DNA from: Candidatus Omnitrophota bacterium
Lineage (GTDB): Bacteria > Omnitrophota > Gorgyraeia > Zapsychrales > Fredricksoniimonadaceae
Direction of reading: 5' to 3'
Assembly (NCBI GenBank): GCA_028870995.1
Contig: JAGWOI010000007.1
Coordinates: 20,337 to 84,336, forward strand
Length of the DNA stretch: 64,000 nucleotides
The position numbers and the translations under genes were made by a program. Below, piece after piece: positions 56,677 through 64,000 of the stretch. Under the pieces are notes generated by a model, which saw nothing but the letters and a program-made list of their open reading frames with translations, did not search any database and was not told the DNA's origin. How positions within the stretch are numbered: position 1 is the first letter of the stretch; every line of letters begins with the position of its first letter.

Positions 56677-57314
56677 TGTTTAAGAATATTGCTTTGATTC
56701 AATGGTTTTAAATAAGGAACGATCCCCAGCACCTTGACCCCTGACAACCGGGCTATTTCCTGGGGATTGGTGCTTTCGGGCACACCCTTTTTCGACGGCT
56801 TGGTCTGGCAGAACACCAGGCCAAGGATTTTCAATCTCCGCCTTTTAAGTTCATTGATCGTCAACAAGGTATGATTGATGGTGCCAAGCCCCAGGCGGGA
56901 GACGATGATCACCTGGGCCTTTAAATCAGCGATCAAATCGGCATTGGTATAGGTTTCCGTGATGGGCACCATTAACCCGCCTGCACCTTCCACCAAAACC
57001 GTCTCGTAACGGGCACAGAGCTTTTTAAAACAATCCTGCACCCGCTGCTTCTCAAATTTCATACCGGCACGACGGAAAGCCAGATGCGGGGACAAAGGTT
57101 CAGGCGCGTAATACGGATTAATGACCCGTAGGTCATCGTCCAGCCCAAGGGCCATCTTTAAAAACCGCGCGTCACTGCCCGCGCACTGTACCGGCTTCAT
57201 GACGCCCACCTTGCACCCCCGGCGCCGAAGCCATAGCCCCAGCACCAGGGTCGTGATGGTCTTTCCAACGCCCGTGTCTGTTGCTGTTATAAAAAAAACT
57301 TTACTTTTGCGCAT
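56649..57314 (-). CDS. bioD: Dethiobiotin synthase
   Basis: FFITATDTGVGKT P-loop. Confidence 0.85.
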
Positions 57315-58074
57315 AAAGGCCGATCACTTCAAAGGTGGCTTTGACAGCCTGTTGATAAGAAAATTGTTCTTTGTAAATGGAAGCCGCCCTGGCCAATGCC
57401 TGCCCTCCCACAAAACCCTGCCGCAGGAGATTGTTGGCGCCGATGGCCTTGATCCAGGCCATCAATTCATACATGTCTGTAAAAGACATCTTGACCTCGT
57501 GGCTGTCGATGACCGGATTCGAAAACCCTGCCGCCAACAAGGACTGATGGATCCTGGCTTTATCCGGCAGCCGGTCGAATTGCAAACCAGCCTTGGCCTG
57601 CTGCAGGGACTGCAACAATTCCTGGCAGGTGTCATGTCCGAAAAGAGTGCACATTAGGATCCCCCCAGGTTTCAACACCCGGTAGGTTTGTACAAAAGCC
57701 GATGGTAGATCCTGGGCCCATTGATAAGCGGCATTGGAAACCACCATATCGAAACTGCCGTCCTCAAAGGGCAAATCTTGGATATCGCCTAAGACCCAGG
57801 CAATGCCTTCATGCTTAGGCCTGGCCTCGTCGAGCATGCCCTGGGCAAAATCAAGTCCGACCACCCTGCTTTGAGGGAAATGCTCTTTGAGCTTAACCGT
57901 CAGGTGGCCGGTGCCGCAACCCACGTCAAGGCAGGATGCCGGTGAGGGCCGCTTGATCACCTGGGCCAAAAGCTTCTCGGCGATTTCACTGTGCAGCCCG
58001 CAATGGCGGTCATACCGCCCGGCTGATCCGTGAAATCGCTGTCTTATTTTTTGTGAACTGGCAGCCTTAAACAT
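57301..58074 (-). CDS. bioC: Malonyl-[ACP] O-methyltransferase
   Basis: SAM-MTase motif LDVGCGTGHLT. Position in bio cluster. Confidence 0.75.
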   Translation of the reverse strand: MFKAASSQKIRQRFHGSAGRYDRHCGLHSEIAEKLLAQVIKRPSPASCLDVGCGTGHLTVKLKEHFPQSRVVGLDFAQGMLDEARPKHEGIAWVLGDIQDLPFEDGSFDMVVSNAAYQWAQDLPSAFVQTYRVLKPGGILMCTLFGHDTCQELLQSLQQAKAGLQFDRLPDKARIHQSLLAAGFSNPVIDSHEVKMSFTDMYELMAWIKAIGANNLLRQGFVGGQALARAASIYKEQFSYQQAVKATFEVIGLYAQK

Positions 58075-58075
58075 A

Positions 58076-58876
58076 TCAATTCAGTAAAAAATCTTCCAAA
58101 AGCCGGTTATATTCCTTGGTTTCGACGAGAAACGGCAGATGCCCGCACCCTTCCATGAAATCGAACCTTGCGTTATAGGCATGCTCTGCCACCCAATCCA
58201 TCACCGAACGCGGACAGATGTAATCTTCGCTGCCCGTGACGAATTGCAACGGGCAGATGATGGAAGCGAGGCGGTCGCGCAGGTCGGTCTTCTCCAGAAG
58301 CTCAAGGTAATGTTTCAGCGCTTCGCGCTTGGGCAGGGGTTCCTGCTCCCTGAGATCCTTGACCTGTTTAAACGATGGGTTCTGGCGCTCCTTCATCGTA
58401 AACAGCGACCTGAAAAAAATGTCCAGCATTGCGGCATAATCCCCGTCGAACTGCCTGCTTAAGGTGTGGATTTTCTCAAGGTCCAATCCCGCGGGATAAT
58501 CAGGGCTCCGGGTGAATTTGGGGATCGAGCCCACCATGGATATGCGCATCACTTCATGCGGCATCAGGCGGAAAAGCTCCCAGGCCACCAATCCTCCCAT
58601 GGACGAGGCCACCATGGAAAAGGGAGCGATCTCAAGGTAATTTAAGATTTCCCGGATATCCGCGGCGATCTCATTGACGCTTAACGGCATCCAGCCGCTG
58701 CGGCCGTGGCCCGGCAAATCAATGGTCAGCACCTGGAAATCCGTATCCAAAAAATCCTTTTGGGCCTGCCAGATATGGCCGGAAGCGCCCAAGCCATGGA
58801 TCATGACGATGGATTCTCCCTGACCTGACACTTGATAATTCCAATCAAGCCCGCGTTGTGTTCTTAGGGTCGGCAT
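58076..58876 (-). CDS. bioH: Pimeloyl-[ACP] methyl ester esterase (alpha/beta hydrolase)
   Basis: Alpha/beta-hydrolase nucleophile elbow VASSMGG, HGLGASG oxyanion region. Position between bioF and bioC. Confidence 0.7.
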   Translation of the reverse strand: MPTLRTQRGLDWNYQVSGQGESIVMIHGLGASGHIWQAQKDFLDTDFQVLTIDLPGHGRSGWMPLSVNEIAADIREILNYLEIAPFSMVASSMGGLVAWELFRLMPHEVMRISMVGSIPKFTRSPDYPAGLDLEKIHTLSRQFDGDYAAMLDIFFRSLFTMKERQNPSFKQVKDLREQEPLPKREALKHYLELLEKTDLRDRLASIICPLQFVTGSEDYICPRSVMDWVAEHAYNARFDFMEGCGHLPFLVETKEYNRLLEDFLLN

Positions 58877-60025
58877 TTATAAAATCCTTAAGGCGTTCAA
58901 CAGTTGATCCGCATCTTCCCGGGTGTGGGCCGCCGTCACCGTCATCCTGAGCCTCGAGGTACCCACAGGCACCGTCGGAGGACGGATAGCCTGCACCAGA
59001 ATGTCCTTGGCCAATAATTGCCGGGACATCGCCTTGGCCTGATGCGGATCTTTAATCAGGACAGGGATGATCGGTGTCGTTGAGTTCATGCAATCAAAAC
59101 CCATGGCCCTTAAACGGCTGCGTAAATGCTCCGCGAGTTCCTGTACCTGCTGGCGCAGCCGCGGTTCTTGACGGATGATGCCCAGTGCCGTTCGCGCCGC
59201 TTCCGCCAAAGCCGGCGGCATGGCTGTGGTATAAATAAAGGCGCGGCTTTTGTTGACCAAAAAATCTCTTAACGTTTTGGAACCGCAGGCATAGGCGCCG
59301 AAACAACCGGCGGCTTTAGACAAGGTGCCCATTTGGATGTCGACGGCAGCGCCCGTCTCTTCAACCAGGCCGCCGCCACGTGCGCCCAAAACACCAAAGG
59401 CATGGGCCTCATCCACCATAACCATGGCCTCATAGCGCCGGGCCAATTCAACGATATCTCTTAGCGGCGCCTTGTCCCCATCCATGCTGAAAACCGTGTC
59501 CGTGACAATGAGTTTACGGCGGCCGGTGGGCGCCTTCTTTAACATGTCCTCCAGGACCTGCATATCCAAATGAGGATAGCGCAACAATTGAGCCCGGCTT
59601 AGGATGATCCCGTCGATGATGGAAGCGTGGCTGAGTTTGTCGCTGAAGACCAGGCTGTGACGATCCGCCAAGGCGGAAATAATTGCGGTGTTGGCCATAT
59701 ATCCGCTGGAATAAACCAGCGCACTTTCAGCCTGCTTGAACTGCGCCAATTCCTCTTCCAGCTCCTCGTGAGGCCTCATGTTGCCGCAAACCAGCCGTGA
59801 GGCGCCTGAACCAAAACCGTAATTCTCAATGGCCTTGACGGCAGCGGCCCTGATGCGCCCGTCGGCAGCAAGTCCCAGATAATCATTGGAACAAAAATTC
59901 AGGACCTGCCGGCCATCCAGGTGGACGGCCCTGCCCTGCGGTGAGGCAATGGATTGCAGGGACCGGCGCAGTCCCAAGGTTTCCAAGGCCTGTAATTCTT
60001 CTTGTAAGAAGCCCGCATGATTCAT
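58877..60025 (-). CDS. bioF: 8-amino-7-oxononanoate synthase
   Basis: PLP lysine region GTLSKAAG. Class-II aminotransferase fold. Confidence 0.85.
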   Translation of the reverse strand: MNHAGFLQEELQALETLGLRRSLQSIASPQGRAVHLDGRQVLNFCSNDYLGLAADGRIRAAAVKAIENYGFGSGASRLVCGNMRPHEELEEELAQFKQAESALVYSSGYMANTAIISALADRHSLVFSDKLSHASIIDGIILSRAQLLRYPHLDMQVLEDMLKKAPTGRRKLIVTDTVFSMDGDKAPLRDIVELARRYEAMVMVDEAHAFGVLGARGGGLVEETGAAVDIQMGTLSKAAGCFGAYACGSKTLRDFLVNKSRAFIYTTAMPPALAEAARTALGIIRQEPRLRQQVQELAEHLRSRLRAMGFDCMNSTTPIIPVLIKDPHQAKAMSRQLLAKDILVQAIRPPTVPVGTSRLRMTVTAAHTREDADQLLNALRIL

Positions 60026-60978
60026 CGCAATAGGAAAATATCCCCTGCCGTTTTCTTAACGATAACGCCGTTATCCTTGCGCACCAGCAGGGCGCCGTCT
60101 TCGTCCAGGTCGACCGCCTCCCCTTCGACGGAACCGGCCGGGTCCGTGATCCGCACACGCTTATGGAGGGTAGCGCTGTGCTTGCACCATTCGGCCATGA
60201 TCTTGTCAAATTCATGGTGCAAAATCCTGGCGTACCCTTTGTCCAGGCAGCGCAATACCGCTTGAAAAACTTCCGTCCTGTTAAAACTTTTTCCTGACGC
60301 CGCCTTCAAAGAAGTGGCCTGGGGCGCCAGCTGGTTGACGGAGGCGTTGACATTAAGCCCTATGCCTACGACGACGAACTTGACCTGGTCCGATTCCGCC
60401 CGCAGTTCCGTCAGAATACCGGCCAGCTTATGGTTTTCGAAAAGAATATCATTGGGCCATTTGATGGCTGCTTTGAGCCCGCTGGCCGTTTCAATGGCCT
60501 CGATCAGGGCCACCGCCGCCATCAAGGTCAACTGCGGCAGCTGATTAAGCGGCAGGCGGGGACGCAGCACGAAGGAAAAATATAACCCTTTGCCTCTCGG
60601 GGAGACCCACGATCGCCCCAGGCGGCCGCGGCCTTTGGATTGGGATTCGGCGCAAACCACGGTGCCGTCAGGACAATTTTCCATCCCCAGCCGGAAGGCT
60701 TCGTCCATCGTTGAAACGACCGTATCCTTAACGATCACCTGCTTGCCGATGGTCCGGGTCCCGAGATCTGCGGTGATTTCATAACCCAACAGCTTGTCCG
60801 GGCAGGTCATCAGCCGGTAACCCAAATGCGGCACGGCCGTAATTTCATAGCCTTCGCTGCGCAGTTCCTGCATGTGCTTCCAGATGGCTGCGCGCGAAAT
60901 TTTCAGCCGGGCGCTGATCTCTTCGCCTGAAATATACCCCTCGCTCTGTTTTAAGAATTGAATGATCTGTTCCTGCAT
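60022..60978 (-). CDS. birA: Bifunctional biotin--[acetyl-CoA-carboxylase] ligase and bio operon repressor
   Basis: N-terminal winged HTH (ISGEEISARLKISRAAIWKHMQELRSEGYEI). Ligase GRGRLGRSW motif. Confidence 0.85.
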   Translation of the reverse strand: MQEQIIQFLKQSEGYISGEEISARLKISRAAIWKHMQELRSEGYEITAVPHLGYRLMTCPDKLLGYEITADLGTRTIGKQVIVKDTVVSTMDEAFRLGMENCPDGTVVCAESQSKGRGRLGRSWVSPRGKGLYFSFVLRPRLPLNQLPQLTLMAAVALIEAIETASGLKAAIKWPNDILFENHKLAGILTELRAESDQVKFVVVGIGLNVNASVNQLAPQATSLKAASGKSFNRTEVFQAVLRCLDKGYARILHHEFDKIMAEWCKHSATLHKRVRITDPAGSVEGEAVDLDEDGALLVRKDNGVIVKKTAGDIFLLR

Positions 60979-60979
60979 A

Positions 60980-62116
60980 TTATCGCAAACCTGTTATCTT
61001 GGACTTCAGTTGTGCCAAAAAATATTGAATATCCTCTCGGGTCGTCCACCGGCCCACACTCACGCGCAGGGAACCCAAGGCCATCGCCGGAGACAAGCCG
61101 AGCGACGTCAACACATGCGAAGGCTCCAGCCTCCCCCAGGTACAGGCCGAGCCCATGGACACCGAGAGGCGCGCCATATCCAGAGCGCTGACTAAGTCTT
61201 CACCCTTGATGCCGGCAAAGGAAAAGTGAGCATTGTTGGGCAGACGCCTGCCGCGCGATCCGTTGAGGACCGATGAAGGGATTTCTTTCAACACGAAATC
61301 GATGATCTCATCACGTAAACCAGCTTCTCTCGAAGCTTCCTCGGACATCTGTTGGCGGCAAATCTTAAGCGCCGCAGCCATCCCCACGATCCCCGGCGTA
61401 TTCTGTGTCCCGGCCCGGCGGCCGTGTTCCTGGTCCCCGCCTAAAATCAATGCGCGCCCTTTGGCCTGGCGGCGAATATACAAGGCACCAACCCCTTTAG
61501 GGCCGTAAAATTTATGCGCGGACAGGGAGAGATAATGGCAAGGGATATCATTGATATTGACCGGCAGGTGCCCAGCGGTTTGGGTGGCATCGACTAAAAA
61601 ATAGGTGCCGCGCTGGCGGCAAATGCGCCCAGTCTCTTCTACCGGCTGCAGGGTGCCGATTTCATTGTTGGCGTGCACCAGGCAAACCAGGATGGTGTCC
61701 GGCCTTAAGGCGGATTGGATATCTTCGCTGCGGACAATCCCGTCGGCTCGGGGCTTGACAAGGCTGACCTCAAAACCCTCCTGCTCAAGGCGGTGCAGAG
61801 GTTCCAGCACGGAATGGTGTTCGATGGCGGAAGCAACCAGATGCCTGCCCTTATCCTTCAGGGCATCGGCCGCCGCAAAAACGGCCTGATTATTAGATTC
61901 ACTGGCCCCGCTGGTAAAGGTAATCTCGCCCTCCTCGGCTCCTATGAAGGAAGCCATGACGGCGCGGGCATCCTCAACGGCTTTGCGTGCCTCACGGCCT
62001 TCAGCATGAGGACTCGATGGGTTGCCCCCTTGCTCAAAGAAAAAAGGACGCATGGCCTCAAGGACAAGAGGATCGCAAGGGGTGGTGGAAGCATGGTCCA
62101 GGTAAATGCGGTGCAT
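60980..62116 (-). CDS. Cysteine desulfurase (NifS/IscS family)
   Basis: MHRIYLDHASTTP... PLP lysine SLSAHKFYGPKGVGALY. C-terminal active-site Cys region SMGSACT. Confidence 0.85.
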   Translation of the reverse strand: MHRIYLDHASTTPCDPLVLEAMRPFFFEQGGNPSSPHAEGREARKAVEDARAVMASFIGAEEGEITFTSGASESNNQAVFAAADALKDKGRHLVASAIEHHSVLEPLHRLEQEGFEVSLVKPRADGIVRSEDIQSALRPDTILVCLVHANNEIGTLQPVEETGRICRQRGTYFLVDATQTAGHLPVNINDIPCHYLSLSAHKFYGPKGVGALYIRRQAKGRALILGGDQEHGRRAGTQNTPGIVGMAAALKICRQQMSEEASREAGLRDEIIDFVLKEIPSSVLNGSRGRRLPNNAHFSFAGIKGEDLVSALDMARLSVSMGSACTWGRLEPSHVLTSLGLSPAMALGSLRVSVGRWTTREDIQYFLAQLKSKITGLR

Positions 62117-62147
62117 AAGGCCTTATGATACTGGAGGCCGCCTGGAA

Positions 62148-62177
62148 TGTCAACTAAGACACAAATGATGGTTTACA
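62148..62177. promoter_or_regulatory. Candidate BirA operator: TGTCAAC-N16-GTTTACA imperfect palindrome
   Basis: Read directly, 32-60 nt upstream of the cysteine desulfurase start codon at the head of the birA-bio gene string. Resembles the TGTAAAC-N-GTTTACA bioO consensus. Confidence 0.35.
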
Positions 62178-62205
62178 ATGAAAAGTACCTGCAGGATAAG
62201 AAAAG

Positions 62206-62289
62206 TGCCAAGGGTGGGAGTTGAACCCACACGGCCGTGAGACCACTGGTTTTTGAGACCAGCGCGTATACCAGTTCCGCCACCTTGGC
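62206..62289 (-). tRNA. tRNA-Leu (anticodon CAA), type II with long variable arm
   Basis: Reverse complement GCCAAGGTGGCGGAACTGGTATACGCGCTGGTCTCAAAAACCAGTGGTCTCACGGCCGTGTGGGTTCAACTCCCACCCTTGGCA. Anticodon loop CUCAAAA. TψC GGTTCAACTCC. Confidence 0.85.
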
Positions 62290-62300
62290 AAAATTAAAAG

Positions 62301-62375
62301 TGGAGCTGAGGGGGATTGAACCCCTGACCTCTTCAATGCCATTGAAGCGCTCTCCCAAAACTGAGCTACAGCCCC
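62301..62375 (-). tRNA. tRNA-Ala (anticodon GGC)
   Basis: Reverse complement GGGGCTGTAGCTCAGTTTTGGGAGAGCGCTTCAATGGCATTGAAGAGGTCAGGGGTTCAATCCCCCTCAGCTCCA. G3:U70 identity pair. Anticodon loop AUGGCAU. Confidence 0.85.
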
Positions 62376-62521
62376 AGATAGGTCAACGGTGAGGCCACTT
62401 AGAGAAGAGCCAATATATCATCCTTAACCTCTTTTGTCAAAACCTTCGAGCTTCCCCGCTCAATTTAAAAACATAGCCGCGACTCCTTGCCAACAGCATG
62501 AATAGGTGCTACACTTTTTCT

Positions 62522-63058
62522 ATGCGCCGGTATATTTTGTTCTTTATCGTTTTTTTTCTGCCTGCTTTCGCACTGGCCGATGATGTCCAGCAGGTGATCA
62601 CCCTCAAGGACGGATCCCAAATCAAAGGCGTGCTTTCCGGCATCCAGGACGGCGTCTACGTCGTCAAAACGCCGATCATCGGCGATGTCCATGTGGCGGC
62701 CAAGGACGTGGCCAGCATCACCAACGGTAATGCCGCTTCCCCTGCCGGTCTGCCCATGGGCAATACGGGTGCCATGGCGGCTCCGGCCATGGGAGCATCG
62801 CCTTTTGACCAGCAGCTGCAGGCCACCCAGCAGCAGTTGATGTCCAATCCCCAGAACATGCAATTGATCACCGAGATGGCCCAGGACCCGCAGATCATGC
62901 AGGCGCTTCAAGACCCTGCCGTGATGGCGGCGATCAACAACCATGATTACCAGGCCCTGGCCAACACCCCCGCCATCAAGGAGCTGATGACCAATCCGCA
63001 CATGCAGGAATTGATCAAGCAAATGCAGCAGCAACAGCAGCAAGGCGCCTCTCAGTAA
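62522..63058 (+). CDS. Exported low-complexity protein with STI1/DP-like repeats (alternative start 62498)
   Basis: Signal peptide MRRYILFFIVFFLPAFALADD. C-terminal QLMSNPQNMQLITEMAQDPQIMQALQDPAVMAAINN...ELMTNPHMQELIKQMQQQQQQ. Confidence 0.5.
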   Translation: MRRYILFFIVFFLPAFALADDVQQVITLKDGSQIKGVLSGIQDGVYVVKTPIIGDVHVAAKDVASITNGNAASPAGLPMGNTGAMAAPAMGASPFDQQLQATQQQLMSNPQNMQLITEMAQDPQIMQALQDPAVMAAINNHDYQALANTPAIKELMTNPHMQELIKQMQQQQQQGASQ

Positions 63059-63154
63059 AGCCATCCGCCCCAAGAAATAAAAAATACGATCTTCTAAGAG
63101 TCCGCGACTCCATGCTACAATCAAAACGTCTTTTAAAGGCGCCCTGGGGTTCTT

Positions 63155-64000
63155 ATGGAAACCTTACTGCTCATTTTTGGCGCGATGCTCCTTTTGAGCG
63201 TCGTGGCCAGCAAAATATCCGATAATTTCGGCGTCCCTGTCCTCATCCTGTTTTTGACGATCGGCATGCTGGCGGGATCAGACGGCATCGGCAAGATCTA
63301 TTTTGACGACCCGGCGCTCACCAATGCCTTAAGCACCATCGCTTTGACCTTTATCCTGTTCTCAGGCGGATTTGAAACAAATCTTAAAGACATCAAACCC
63401 ATCTATCTTAGCGGTCTTAGCCTTTCGACCCTTGGGGTGCTGATCAGCGCCCTTCTGGTCGGGCTCTTCGCGTCCCTCGTCTTGAAATTCTCCATGGAAG
63501 AAGGGTTTCTCTTGGGTGCCATCGTAGCATCTACCGATGCCGCCGCAGTATTCAATGTGCTTAGAACGAACAAGGTCTCTCTGCGGGGCCATTTGCAGCC
63601 CCTTCTGGAATTTGAGTCCGGCAGCAACGATCCGATGGCGGTATTCCTGACCGTGGGCATCATCGGCCTGCTGAAGGACCCCGGCCTCTCCCCCCTGCAA
63701 CTGCTTCCCCGTTTTTTCATCGACATGGGCATCGGCGCGGCCGCGGCCGTTGTGCTGGCCCGTGTCGGGATTTTCATCATCAACCGCCTGCGACTGTCCC
63801 TCAGCGGCCTTTACCCGGCGCTGATCATCGCCCTGGTATTATCCATCTATTCCGCTACCCAGATTATTAAGGGCAACGGCTTTCTGGCCGTTTACATCGC
63901 GGGGATTTTGATCGGCAACGCCAACCTCCTCCATAAAAGGACCATCAAAAATTTCTCCGACGGGATAGCGTGGCTGATGCAGATCATCATGTTCCTGACC
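63155..64000 (+). CDS. Partial (C-terminus off window) CPA1-family K+(Na+)/H+ antiporter, NhaP2-like
   Basis: METLLLIFGAMLLLSVVASKISDNFGVPVLILFLTIGMLAGSDGIG...EFESGSNDPMAV. Multiple TM helices. Confidence 0.75.
   Translation, partial: METLLLIFGAMLLLSVVASKISDNFGVPVLILFLTIGMLAGSDGIGKIYFDDPALTNALSTIALTFILFSGGFETNLKDIKPIYLSGLSLSTLGVLISALLVGLFASLVLKFSMEEGFLLGAIVASTDAAAVFNVLRTNKVSLRGHLQPLLEFESGSNDPMAVFLTVGIIGLLKDPGLSPLQLLPRFFIDMGIGAAAAVVLARVGIFIINRLRLSLSGLYPALIIALVLSIYSATQIIKGNGFLAVYIAGILIGNANLLHKRTIKNFSDGIAWLMQIIMFLT

Noticed and set aside
62200-62400. tRNA pair as an integration hotspot or genomic island boundary
   Set aside because: No integrase, direct repeat of the tRNA 3' end or compositional break is visible on either side. 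The flanking genes are ordinary.
62465-63124. 219-aa minus-strand ORF (Leu/His/Gly-rich) antisense to the STI1-like gene
   Set aside because: No start context and low-complexity composition. The plus-strand frame has a clean signal peptide and recognisable repeats.

Overview
This 64 kb window is a gene-dense bacterial chromosomal segment of moderately high GC. About 65 of the roughly 70 genes are on the minus strand, with small plus-strand islands at 13.2-14.1 kb, 47-48 kb, 49.26 kb and 62.5-64 kb. I saw no transposase, integrase, CRISPR array or rRNA.

Main blocks, all read from the sequence and ORF track:
(1) 0.7-12.9 kb, a glycan-utilisation locus. It encodes a family-1 solute-binding lipoprotein, two MalF/MalG-type ABC permeases and a GH2-like clan GH-A hydrolase whose N-terminus carries a TPR-like module. 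That module is duplicated in the neighbouring secreted protein. A CBM-like secreted protein, a GPH-type MFS symporter and a GH94 glycoside phosphorylase complete the set. The GH94 gene is translationally coupled to two small PilZ-domain genes.
(2) 13.2-14.1 kb, a plus-strand pair: a small Lys-rich membrane protein and a CvpA-family protein with C-terminal STI1/DP-like repeats.
(3) Housekeeping run on the minus strand: radical-SAM SplB-like protein, mnmE, folC, purH, an rpsU missed by the ORF track, a KamA-like aminomutase overlapping an ATP-grasp ligase, nth, era, SemiSWEET, PfkB kinase, YjbQ, aminotransferase, RAM-only Lrp-like protein, DoxX and a CusRS-like two-component pair.
(4) 31-46 kb, a long collinear array: ygfZ-like, cca, DUF151 nuclease, nrdR, glyA, rpiB, a tsaC/YrdC-LMW-PTP fusion, purD, purM, purQ, a LOG-family gene, a PurS-PurS-PurL fusion, purC and purB with a recognisable promoter and structured leader.
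(5) 47-52 kb: polyprenyl synthase, hemW, tatA and tatC, an ABC-2 fused transporter, pgi with terminator, a MORN protein and mnmA. A free-standing 16-codon poly-Lys sORF with its own promoter, SD and terminator sits between hemW and tatC.
(6) 55-62 kb: a nifS-like cysteine desulfurase followed by birA and bioF-bioH-bioC-bioD-bioA, with no bioB in the window and a BirA-operator-like palindrome upstream.
(7) tRNA-Leu(CAA) and tRNA-Ala(GGC), then a second STI1-like exported protein and a partial NhaP-type antiporter.

The most interesting items are the PilZ-PilZ-GH94 coupling, the triplicated TPR-like module fused to a glycosidase, the aminomutase/ATP-grasp pair, the poly-Lys sORF, and the STI1-like repeats in envelope proteins.
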